Assembly: GCA_002071685.1 (NCBI GenBank)
Contig: MWBO01000006.1
Coordinates: 1 to 52,528, forward strand
Length of the DNA: 52,528 nucleotides
Reading direction: 5' to 3'
Source of the DNA: a candidate division WS2 bacterium ADurb.Bin280
Lineage (GTDB): Bacteria; Patescibacteriota; UBA1384; DTJR01
Positions 8,972 to 17,071 of this stretch are shown piece after piece (position 1 is the stretch's first letter; each line of letters begins with the position of its first letter). The position numbers were made by a program, and so were the translations under genes. The notes below the pieces were generated by a model. It was not told the DNA's origin, did not search any database, and worked only from the letters and a program-made list of their open reading frames with translations.

Positions 8972-9107
8972 AAATTTTTTTATCATAGTGGTATTTTCGA
9001 ATTTTGTGCATTAAATCACGACGAAAATTTGATTTTTATTTTTTAAAGAGGGGGGTATAAGTTATTTTCTCCGCTTCGCTACGAAAATGGATTATTATAA
9101 AAAATTT

Positions 9108-9116
9108 TGCTATAAT
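9108..9116 (+). promoter_or_regulatory. extended -10 promoter element (TGcTATAAT) upstream of the R-M pair
   Basis: TGCTATAAT lies about 40 nt upstream of the ATG at 9155. There is no clear -35. Confidence 0.3.
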
Positions 9117-9154
9117 AGAATCATAACAAATCGCTAATTTTACTAAACTTTATT

Positions 9155-9754
9155 ATGAAAAACGAAATAAAAGAAATAGAAAAAGATTTAGAATTTGTAA
9201 AAAATATTTACATAAAACTTCTAACGATTCTACCTAGTTTTGATATTACTGATAGCAAAATTTTACCTTATGGGCTTAAAGCACATACCAGATCGGTAAG
9301 TTGGCTAGTTGAGCAGGTTATTACACAGCAAACCAAGTTTAATGCTAAAAAACTTGGCTTAGATGAAGTTAATTTTGATTTTCCAGATACCTCGCTACAT
9401 GATTGCGAAATTATTTATAAAGGCAAAAGCTATTTTATAAATGTAAAAATTCACAATATCGAAGGCAAAGAAAATAAAAATGATATTTCTGCGGTAGAAA
9501 AACTTTATTTTCAATACAGCGTTAATAAAAATTACACTTTAATATATGCTTGTTTTGGTATTAAATTTGAAAATATAAAAATAAGTTTTGTTAAAGATTA
9601 TTTAGAAGTTTTCTCACCACAATTTTTACCAATATATGTAAACCCAAGAAACGATAAAATACAAGCCACATATAGACACGATAAAGTATACAGAACACGA
9701 GATGAATTTTTAAAAATGTTAAAAGAAAAATCAAAAAGTATAATTTTAAAGTAG
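9155..9754 (+). CDS. putative type II restriction endonuclease (assigned by context)
   Basis: 199-aa ORF ending 2 nt before the methyltransferase start. Possible PD...(N/E)xK-like segment (FPD...INVK). Very AT-rich. No family recognised. Confidence 0.45.
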   Translation: MKNEIKEIEKDLEFVKNIYIKLLTILPSFDITDSKILPYGLKAHTRSVSWLVEQVITQQTKFNAKKLGLDEVNFDFPDTSLHDCEIIYKGKSYFINVKIHNIEGKENKNDISAVEKLYFQYSVNKNYTLIYACFGIKFENIKISFVKDYLEVFSPQFLPIYVNPRNDKIQATYRHDKVYRTRDEFLKMLKEKSKSIILK

Positions 9755-9756
9755 CT

Positions 9757-10590
9757 ATGAATAAAATTTTTAATGAAGATATTTTATTGGGAATTGATAA
9801 AATAGAAGATAATTCTATTGATTTGATATTGACCGATCCTCCTTATTGTTTAGGTAAGGATTATGGTAATGATTCAGATCAAAAATCAGCTGAAGATTAT
9901 CTAAATTGGACTTATCAATGGATTGATGCAGTTTTACCTAAACTAAAAAAGACCGGCAGTTTTTACATTTTTTTAAGTTGGCAATATTCTCCAGAAATTT
10001 TTGTATATTTAAAAAAGAAACTACGAATGGTTAATGAAATAATTTGGGACAGACGCGTGCCAAGCATGGGTGGCTCAACGAGAAAATTTTCTTCCGTTCA
10101 TGATAATATAGGTTTTTTTGTTAAAGATAATGATTACTATTTTGATCTAGACAGTATAAGAATTCCTTATGACGAGGAAACGAAAAAAGCAAGAACTAGA
10201 TCTATATTTGTTGGAAAAAAATGGTTAGAAATGGGCTACAATCCAAAAGATTTATGGAGCACGTCAAGAATACATGCTCAAGATCCTGAAAGAGAAAACC
10301 ACCCAACACAAAAACCATTAGAAATAATAGAAAGAATGGTAAAAGCAAGTTGTCCAAAAAATGGAATTGTTTTTGATCCATTTATGGGAACGGGAACAAC
10401 AGCTATTGCATGCTTGGCAAATGATAGACAGTATGTCGGTTTTGAAATAAACAAAGATTACCACAAGCTAATAACAAATCGAATCAAAAAATATAATAGT
10501 TGCCCTACTTTATTTCAACAGCAAGAACAAAAACAAGGTAATTTGGCTCGGGGCATTCACCCCCAACCCCTCTGCCCTTCGCCAAATTAA
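9757..10590 (+). CDS. DNA amino-methyltransferase, beta class (N6-A or N4-C)
   Basis: DPPY (motif IV) near the N-terminus and FDPFMGTGTT (motif I) near the C-terminus give the beta-class order. The last ~16 codons run into a GC-rich hairpin element. Confidence 0.9.
   Translation: MNKIFNEDILLGIDKIEDNSIDLILTDPPYCLGKDYGNDSDQKSAEDYLNWTYQWIDAVLPKLKKTGSFYIFLSWQYSPEIFVYLKKKLRMVNEIIWDRRVPSMGGSTRKFSSVHDNIGFFVKDNDYYFDLDSIRIPYDEETKKARTRSIFVGKKWLEMGYNPKDLWSTSRIHAQDPERENHPTQKPLEIIERMVKASCPKNGIVFDPFMGTGTTAIACLANDRQYVGFEINKDYHKLITNRIKKYNSCPTLFQQQEQKQGNLARGIHPQPLCPSPN
10539..10589 (+). repeat. GC-rich hairpin covering the methyltransferase stop codon
   Basis: TAATTTGGC (10539-10547) pairs with GCCAAATTA (10581-10589). 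The interior is G4/C4-rich. Confidence 0.5.
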
Positions 10591-10650
10591 AAATCAAATT
10601 TTCTTTAATAAAGACATAGTTAATTTATAAAAACCGAGATAAAAAAATTT

Positions 10651-10786
10651 ACATCACATAACAAGGCATATCTGGTTCAAGAATTTTTCATCAATAATAT
10701 TAATAAGGAGTAAAAAATTCTTTCACCCAAATTTGCCTTCATTTCATTTCGGCAAACTTCAGATATGCCTAAACGTTATATGAAAT
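10651..10786 (+). repeat. structured repeat, copy 2 (attC-like long imperfect palindrome)
   Basis: ACATCACATAAC, then AAGGCATATCTG (10663-10674), about 85 nt, then CAGATATGCCT (10760-10770), aaac, GTTATATGAAAT (10775-10786). It shares the CATC..ATAAC start and the TTATRTGAAAT end with copy 1. Confidence 0.6.
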
Positions 10787-10800
10787 TTTGAGTTCTTAAC

Positions 10801-10813
10801 GGGGTTCGCCTTT
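10801..10813 (+). repeat. left arm of a 13-bp perfect inverted repeat bracketing the ASCH gene
   Basis: GGGGTTCGCCTTT. The right arm AAAGGCGAACCCC is at 11272-11284. Confidence 0.7.
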
Positions 10814-10850
10814 CGATTATTTTATAAAGTTCAAAAAAATTAACTATCTT

Positions 10851-11287
10851 ATGGAACATCTTGCAATAATGAGAAAATCTTGGGGATTGACTCAAAAAAT
10901 TCTGTCTGGTCAAAAGAAAATTGAATCAAGATGGTATAAAGTCAAATATGTTCCTTGGGACAGAATCAAAACTGGCGAGATTGTTTACTTCAAAGATTCT
11001 GGCGAGCCAATTACCATCAAAACAGAAGTAGATAAAGTGATTCAATTTTCTGATTTAACTCCTGAAAAAGTTAAAGAAATTTTATTTCAATATGGTCAAT
11101 CCGATGGACTTGGTATTAATAAAATCCCAGAATTTTTTGAGATGTTCAAAGAAAAAAATATTGCATGTTAATTTTTTTGAAAAATCCACAGAAAATCCAA
11201 CCCTTTGAAATTGATAAATCAGGATTTGGTGCAATGTCTGCATGGATTTCTGTTGATAATATTAATAGGATAAAGGCGAACCCCTAA
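10851..11287 (+). pseudogene. ASCH (PUA-like) domain gene interrupted by a -1 frameshift in an A-run
   Basis: The 10851-11171 frame ends ...FKEKNIAC*. The -1 frame continues ...KKYCMLIFLKNPQKIQPFEIDKSGFGAMSAWISVDNI... to 11287, which reads like the normal family C-terminus. The junction is the A7 run at 11152-11158. Confidence 0.7.
11272..11284 (+). repeat. right arm of the 13-bp inverted repeat bracketing ASCH
   Basis: AAAGGCGAACCCC, the exact reverse complement of 10801-10813. Confidence 0.7.
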
Positions 11288-11620
11288 ACTCAAAACTCTG
11301 CGCTCCTTTCAGTCGCGCCCCGCTGCGCTCTCCTCCCTTCGGTCGTCGGGGCGTATAACACAGCGTATGCGGTTCGGGGCTCGGCTCGCCCCTCACCCAT
11401 ATTTTTGCTCCCGTTGGTCGCAAAAACATCGCATACGCTGGAACGTTATGCAAAATCGCTTCGCGATTTTTCATAATGAGGCGGCGGTTCCCGCCAGTTC
11501 TACTCGTCGCTCCGCGACATCGCATAACTGTCAGCTATATGCCATTCTCATAAATTATGGAATAATTTATTCGAACTGACACATAGTTGCCGCAGGTTAG
11601 TTTTTGTAAATATCGCATAA
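11288..11620. other. GC-rich, highly foldable non-coding block (contains repeat copy 3)
   Basis: Stems CGCCCC/GGGGCG and GCGTATGCG (11363-11371) / CGCATACGC (11430-11438). ATCGCATA motifs recur at about 90-nt spacing (11429, 11519, 11613). The ORFs here are Arg/Pro-rich and overlap on both strands, so they are judged spurious. Confidence 0.5.
11445..11545 (+). repeat. structured repeat, copy 3 (E2), direct repeat of 8808-8905
   Basis: Aligns with copy 1 over about 95 nt: same AAAATCGCTTCGCGATTTT hairpin, ATAATG.GGCGGCGG, GTCGC-nnn-GCGACATCG.ATAAC. The 3' pairing partner seen in copy 1 is missing. Confidence 0.65.
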
Positions 11621-11650
11621 AACAAAAACGCCCCGAGAGGGGCGCTTTTG
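11620..11650 (-). terminator. rplY terminator (bidirectional hairpin)
   Basis: CGCCCC-gaga-GGGGCG (11629-11644) with T-runs on both strands. Confidence 0.7.
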
Positions 11651-11666
11651 TATATTTTTGTTTTTT

Positions 11667-12362
11667 TTATTTGTCCTCTTTGTCATCGCCGCCTTCTGAT
11701 TCTGATTCTTCGCCTTCTTTTGGCTCTTCACCAGCTGCTTGTTCGACGGCTTCCTTTTCTTGTTCGGCGGTGGACTCTTCAAGCTCTGCAAGCTCTTCTT
11801 CGCTTCTTGGCTCTTCAACGAGGGCTATCACTTCTTCGGGCTCTGTCAGAACCTTGATTCCTTCGGGAATGTTTAAATCGGCAACGGTAATTTGATCTTC
11901 GAAGCTTGCGAGCTTGGAGATATCTACTTGAATTTCACTGACAAGAGCGGAAGGAAGACATTCGACTTCGATATTATCTCTATTTGTCACCAAGCTTCCG
12001 TCAAGATCTTTGACAGCTGAAGATTCACCGGTAAACTCGAGAGGGATCTCTGTTCTTATCTCTTCATCCATTTTCACTTTATAAAAATCAATGTGAACTA
12101 CATTTCCGGTAACAGGATGCTCTTGAATGTCGTTGATAATAACTTTAAATGACTTGTCATCGCCGATTTTCAAATCTATCAGTGAAGATGTGCCGGCTTC
12201 GCTAAATACTTTTCGAAATTCTTTGGCATCAGCACTGATATTGATGGGTTTTTCGCCCTTGCCATAGACAACAGAAGGTACCAAGCCCGAATTTCTTAGA
12301 TTCTTGACTTGTTTTTTGATAATTTCTCTACTTTGAGCTTTTAGCGAAAATGATTGAACCAT
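11667..12362 (-). CDS. rplY: 50S ribosomal protein L25/Ctc with acidic C-terminal tail
   Basis: Typical L25/Ctc N-terminus (..R...GK...K.LR..G..P.V.YG) and a two-domain length. The tail is rich in E/D/K. Confidence 0.9.
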   Translation of the reverse strand: MVQSFSLKAQSREIIKKQVKNLRNSGLVPSVVYGKGEKPINISADAKEFRKVFSEAGTSSLIDLKIGDDKSFKVIINDIQEHPVTGNVVHIDFYKVKMDEEIRTEIPLEFTGESSAVKDLDGSLVTNRDNIEVECLPSALVSEIQVDISKLASFEDQITVADLNIPEGIKVLTEPEEVIALVEEPRSEEELAELEESTAEQEKEAVEQAAGEEPKEGEESESEGGDDKEDK

Positions 12363-12424
12363 ATTTTTCCTTTTTTAAACATAAAGATTATACCCCAGTT
12401 TAGCTTTTTTTTCAAGAGGTAGTT

Positions 12425-12742
12425 TTATTTGTCTTGGAAAAGCTCGGAAATTTTGCCCTTGTGGCTGTTTATAATTTTCTCTGCGTCCAAGAATTGCTCA
12501 TTGCTGACTATGTCTCCGCTGATATTGTGAAAATAGGTTCCTATTGGCTTCTCAAGTCTATGTAGAGAGGCGAGATAGGTGACGGCCGTCGGTTCGTGTC
12601 CACTAGCGCAAAAGCCCTGAAAGATGTAAGTATTGTCGATGAAGCCACGAAATCTCAATCGCTCGTCCTCGTATCGGTTTTTACAAACAGGACACACGAG
12701 AGTGTTTCTGGCTTGATTTAGGATCTGGTCTATAAAGTCCAT
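12425..12742 (-). CDS. small zinc-ribbon-like hypothetical protein
   Basis: Start moved to MDFIDQ (12742), because the track's N-terminus overlaps the upstream gene. CPVC...C...H pattern. 105 aa. Confidence 0.6.
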   Translation of the reverse strand: MDFIDQILNQARNTLVCPVCKNRYEDERLRFRGFIDNTYIFQGFCASGHEPTAVTYLASLHRLEKPIGTYFHNISGDIVSNEQFLDAEKIINSHKGKISELFQDK

Positions 12743-12791
12743 AGTGAATACATTATTGCCCCACTTGACGGTATTGTCAATAGTTGAAGTG

Positions 12792-13952
12792 TCAGTTTCG
12801 GAATTGTTCGACGACGTTCTTGCTGTTAGCACTAGCGAACTGGTCGGGCGTGATAATTGTTCTTGTAAAAACAGAAGGATTGATAGTAATTTGACCGTTT
12901 TGTGATCTGCTATAGAGCGAAATAAACCAATTCCCATAAGCACTGGAGACATTCGATGAGTAATCCCTTATAAATGCGACTCCGCCCCTTCCATCCCCGC
13001 GATCGACGAAGTACAGTTGGCGATTGTCGAGACGATTAAGCCCGTTTACCAGATAAACCTGACCACTTGCATTCACTTGAACGCTGTACGACGAGCTATC
13101 GAAGTAATTAGTGTTTTGGATTGAACTACCGGAAAGCCCAGGGCCTGGTTGGCCGTATTGATTTATTGGTTGATTGATGAGTCCCTGATTTTGCGGTGAA
13201 TATGGATCAATATATTGATTTTGATAGGAGTTTGGATAATTCGATGCTAACCCAAATTGCGGATATTGGGAGTATGGATTGTAGATATTTGAATTGTTTT
13301 GCGAGGAGAACATATTTGTGGCATATGGGTTGTTGTAGTAACTATTGCTACTGAAGTTTCCCGAATACATATCTCTGTAGTAATCTTCGAGTGTATCGCG
13401 ATAATCATCGATGTCTCCTTCTTCGACAACGGGCGTGCCTGGTAGCGGCTCGAGCTCGACCTCTATCTCGGCGGTGGTTAATTCGCCGCTTATTTCGACA
13501 ATTTCATCGTATATTTTGTAACCTTTTCTCTGAGCTATCAGCTCGTATTTTCCAGACAAAAATTTTTCGATTTTAAATCCACCCGGAGGTGGTGGGTCGG
13601 TGGTTGTAAGGTCATTGCTTTTGTAAAGAGGGGAGAATTTGCTCGTCGATTTCTCGGATTTGAAAGTCAATTTGACTCCGCCGAGGTATCGCTGATTTTG
13701 CGAGCTGGTGACTGTAACGAGCAATGTGACATCTTTTGATTTGGCGGTGTCTTGTTTTTCTTCGTCAGAAGAATCATCGGAACCGGAATCGGTAACGGCA
13801 GCGTCAAGAGAGGGGTCTCCACCGCTCTGGGCGGCCGTGTCAGCTTTTGTTGTCGGGACGACAATGAGTAAATTGGCAAGTATAGCGAAAGTAGAAACGA
13901 TCACTGTCGTCAAGATCTGAAAATTTTTGATAATATTTTTTTTATTTTTCAT
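12792..13952 (-). CDS. secreted protein: signal/TM anchor, PEGA/CarboxypepD_reg-like domain, Q/N/Y/P-rich low-complexity region
   Basis: Hydrophobic N-terminus (ILTTVIVSTFAILANLLIVV). GKYELIAQRKGYK beta-sandwich pattern. About 95 aa of NPY/QNQ repeats. Confidence 0.8.
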   Translation of the reverse strand: MKNKKNIIKNFQILTTVIVSTFAILANLLIVVPTTKADTAAQSGGDPSLDAAVTDSGSDDSSDEEKQDTAKSKDVTLLVTVTSSQNQRYLGGVKLTFKSEKSTSKFSPLYKSNDLTTTDPPPPGGFKIEKFLSGKYELIAQRKGYKIYDEIVEISGELTTAEIEVELEPLPGTPVVEEGDIDDYRDTLEDYYRDMYSGNFSSNSYYNNPYATNMFSSQNNSNIYNPYSQYPQFGLASNYPNSYQNQYIDPYSPQNQGLINQPINQYGQPGPGLSGSSIQNTNYFDSSSYSVQVNASGQVYLVNGLNRLDNRQLYFVDRGDGRGGVAFIRDYSSNVSSAYGNWFISLYSRSQNGQITINPSVFTRTIITPDQFASANSKNVVEQFRN

Positions 13953-16295
13953 CTAGTTTCTCCACATTGCTCCTATTGGAATGCCTCCAAGGGTATTGAG
14001 GACAGATGGGAATTGCAAGATGCACAGAGGATTGCAGACTCCTGATCCGCCGGTGATTGCCCTGAGGCACCCCTCGCATCCTGTTCTGACTCCGCCGTTT
14101 TGACCATAGACCATCTCGGCGCAATTTATCTCATTGTAATTTACATCATACCTAGCGTCTGATTCTTTGGACAGTTTTATCAAAGCGGCGACACCACCGG
14201 CGACCATTGCTCCTTTTGCCCAGTCTTGATTTTGTTTTTCAGACTGTCTGAAAAGATATGCCGCACCTCCGCCAAGAAGAAAGTCCTTGGTGGAAAGATT
14301 TCGCGCGTTGACGCTTACTGACTTGAGTTTCTCGCTGATGCATTGTTGTAATTCGGGGCTGGTAGAAGCTCCTCCGATCAGTTGTCCTGAAGTATCAATC
14401 AATCCTGGGACCCCTTGGAGCATTTGCGGTTCCTGTGTTATATAGCCACCGCTTGATTTCTGCCAACCAAACCAAGGGTATCTGGGGTAATAGACATACT
14501 CTCCAGCGACATATTTGTCTATATTGGCGATTTTGTTTACCGTAGCGTTGTTGATACTGGGTGGCTCGGATCCTGCACTTGCTCCGATTGTCAGGTTTGC
14601 CTGAAGCGGATTATTTTTATTGGCACCTTGGTTGATAATGAAGCGTGAATTCTTGAAGCCATCTTTAGATAACTTGACGTCATAATAGCCGTCGGGCATA
14701 TTTTGAATAATTATCAAGCTATTAATGCCGTTGTCGGGAATTGTGCCAGAAACTTTGTATTGATTTAGATTGCCTCTAAACGCCGAGATAATGTTGGAGC
14801 TATCACTTGTGTACGGAATAATTATTTCGGTATCAAAGGGAAAGCTGACGCCTACTTGTTGCGAAGGTGAAAGGGTGGGTTTTGTCGTTTTTTCGGGACG
14901 TGAATCTCTTATCTGCGCCTTGGCGATATCCGTAAAGAGCAAATTTGACCTAGAAGTTTTTTTCGAAGGTGTGTAAACGGTAATATCAAAAGTGACGCCT
15001 CCTACAGGAGTAAATCCACCGCTTGCCTGCATAGACCTTCTATTGGCAGAAAGTTTCAGCGTATTATTACCACCGGGCCAATTATTATCGAAGTTTATAC
15101 CGACGGGAGCCACTAACTCGGGATTTGTGCCGTCAGCGGTAGCGGCAGTATTGGCGTGCATTTCGCTAGCGGATGCGTCCTCGTCAGTGATGTTGAGAGT
15201 AATAACTGTATCGTATGAGCTAAGCCCCGGCAGAGGTAGGTCAGAAATTTGAAATCTTTCTATTTTTTCCACTTTACCTTTCTTTTCTGCAATTATTTCT
15301 AGATAAGGGTATGTCTTTTTGTCTATCTCTATTTGTTCGTATCCATCTTCATCAGTGGTTCGTTGTTCTTTTGATACAATCTCTTTACTATCGCTAGAAT
15401 TGAATGAGTGAAACAAAAGCAAAGCGTCATTAATAGGCGTGTTATTTGCGTTTTTTACTGTAACGGCGACCTTGAGGGCATTTTGTGTCTGGCCGGTCGT
15501 GGGTGCTTCTGTGGTGGGTTTGTTGCCACATTTTGATTCGTCAGATTCTTGCGTGTATTGACCACTTGCCCCTACAAGTAAAGATTTCTCAATCCACTGG
15601 TAGGTCCTGGTGTTTGTTTTTTTGTCCAATTCATAAGCGCAAACCTTTTCTCCGGCAAGCCCAATGTCGACACCCTGTTGGTTCGAGGATTCGATGATTT
15701 CTGAAGCACTTTGCTGGGTTCCTTGTGCCGTTGCGGTACCTTCTAGGTACTCTGGTGGGATTACGAACTCCTTGTCGTAAGAAATCGATCCGACTCCTTG
15801 GCATTGATATCCGGTTGAGGATTGAACAACCACTCTTTTTAGCTTCTCCCCAACTTTTTGATCGGGAATGTCTTGCCAACCCTCTGAATTCTTAATAATA
15901 TCGGTAAGGGATTGGGCTACTAGGAACCTATCTTCGCCGTCGCCCAGCCCATATTTCTCGTTTGTTGCCTGTAAAATTTTAGGAATCGCAATTATGATAG
16001 CTGCCTTGTTGTTTGCGACTAATTCTTGAGGTCCTTTCCCTTCTCGCGCATTCTCAAGATATATATCGATTGTACTGCATCTATATTGTTTGTCGTCTAC
16101 ATACTTAAAATATGTCGATTGCTCTTTCTCGCTCCAGTTCGTCAATGAAATCGTTACTTTTGTTTTTTTTGCTGTCGCGGTATCAGCGAAAATATTTCCA
16201 TAATACCTAAAAGCGAGGATTGCAAGTATCCCCAATACTAATACGCCCAAGGCGAGCGAAACAACCTTTTGGCGAGGGCTGAACTTTAAACTCAC
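13953..16295 (-). CDS. large secreted/membrane-anchored hypothetical protein with a Cys-rich C-terminus
   Basis: 780 aa with an N-terminal TM (VVSLALGVLVLGILAILAF). CarboxypepD_reg-like internal segments. Abuts the next gene with no gap. Confidence 0.8.
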   Translation of the reverse strand: MSLKFSPRQKVVSLALGVLVLGILAILAFRYYGNIFADTATAKKTKVTISLTNWSEKEQSTYFKYVDDKQYRCSTIDIYLENAREGKGPQELVANNKAAIIIAIPKILQATNEKYGLGDGEDRFLVAQSLTDIIKNSEGWQDIPDQKVGEKLKRVVVQSSTGYQCQGVGSISYDKEFVIPPEYLEGTATAQGTQQSASEIIESSNQQGVDIGLAGEKVCAYELDKKTNTRTYQWIEKSLLVGASGQYTQESDESKCGNKPTTEAPTTGQTQNALKVAVTVKNANNTPINDALLLFHSFNSSDSKEIVSKEQRTTDEDGYEQIEIDKKTYPYLEIIAEKKGKVEKIERFQISDLPLPGLSSYDTVITLNITDEDASASEMHANTAATADGTNPELVAPVGINFDNNWPGGNNTLKLSANRRSMQASGGFTPVGGVTFDITVYTPSKKTSRSNLLFTDIAKAQIRDSRPEKTTKPTLSPSQQVGVSFPFDTEIIIPYTSDSSNIISAFRGNLNQYKVSGTIPDNGINSLIIIQNMPDGYYDVKLSKDGFKNSRFIINQGANKNNPLQANLTIGASAGSEPPSINNATVNKIANIDKYVAGEYVYYPRYPWFGWQKSSGGYITQEPQMLQGVPGLIDTSGQLIGGASTSPELQQCISEKLKSVSVNARNLSTKDFLLGGGAAYLFRQSEKQNQDWAKGAMVAGGVAALIKLSKESDARYDVNYNEINCAEMVYGQNGGVRTGCEGCLRAITGGSGVCNPLCILQFPSVLNTLGGIPIGAMWRN

Positions 16296-16361
16296 CTATT
16301 TCCTCCTTAAGGTTTTCTTATCTATTTAATTTTACATTTTTGGAAAATGTAAAGCAATACT

Positions 16362-17021
16362 TTAGCGCTCCTGTGTCTCTTGCCATTTTCTGATTTTTTT
16401 GGGGTCTCCTGAAAGAAGAACTTCCGGTACTTTCTTGCCCTCGAACTCTTCGGGTCTGGTATATTGCGGATATTCAGTGGCGACATCTTTCTCGCTTGAT
16501 CCGCTGTTTTTGAAACTTTCTTCTTCAAGAGAATCGGGATTACCCAATACTCCATCGATTTGTCTTGAGACTGCATCGATTATTGTCATTGCAGCCAGTT
16601 CGCCGCCAGATATGACAAAATCGCCGATTGAGATTTTCTCATCGACATAGTCATGTATTCTCTGATCAAATCCCTCGTAGTGACCGCAGACAAAGATAAT
16701 CTCGTCGTATTTGCTTAAGGAAACCGCTTTTTGATGTGAGAACCTTTCTCCAGAAGGGCAGAGAAGAACGACGCGGTTTTTTTTGAGGGCTTTTTGACGA
16801 GCTTCTTTGATTACGCTTGAAACTACGTCAACTCTAAAAAGCATTCCGGCGCCGCCACCGTAAGGTTTGTCATCGACTTGCTTGTAGTTGCCAAGGCCAA
16901 AGTCTCTCAAATTTATCGTCTTGAGAGAAATTTTTTTGTTCTTGATGGCCCGGCCGATTATCGAATAATCGCACAAAGACTGCAGGAAGTCGGGAAATAA
17001 AGTAATGATCGTAAATTTCAT
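16362..17021 (-). CDS. trmD: tRNA (guanine37-N1)-methyltransferase
   Basis: MKFTIITLFPDF..., GRAIK, YGGGAGM motifs. Confidence 0.95.
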   Translation of the reverse strand: MKFTIITLFPDFLQSLCDYSIIGRAIKNKKISLKTINLRDFGLGNYKQVDDKPYGGGAGMLFRVDVVSSVIKEARQKALKKNRVVLLCPSGERFSHQKAVSLSKYDEIIFVCGHYEGFDQRIHDYVDEKISIGDFVISGGELAAMTIIDAVSRQIDGVLGNPDSLEEESFKNSGSSEKDVATEYPQYTRPEEFEGKKVPEVLLSGDPKKIRKWQETQER

Positions 17022-17028
17022 AAGATTT

Positions 17029-17062
17029 ACAAACGGCCGCTTTCGCGGCCGTTTGTTTTTTT
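17029..17062 (+). terminator. strong hairpin with a T-run on the plus strand, inside a minus-strand operon
   Basis: ACAAACGGCCGC-tttc-GCGGCCGTTTGT followed by T6, between the KH gene and trmD. Confidence 0.4.
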
Positions 17063-17071
17063 AAGTCTTTT

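Noticed and set aside
11262-11895. ORFs 11262-11525(-), 11367-11579(+), 11587-11895(+), 11597-11818(-) and 11648-11857(+).
   Set aside because: The first two are Arg/Pro/Gly-rich frames across the GC-rich structured repeat and overlap on both strands. The others are shadows of the acidic tail of rplY.
16322-16350. AT-rich hairpin TTTACATTTT-tgg-AAAATGTAAA downstream of trmD as a terminator.
   Set aside because: The stem is all A/T and weak, and no clear T-run follows on the minus strand. It is too uncertain to list as a feature.
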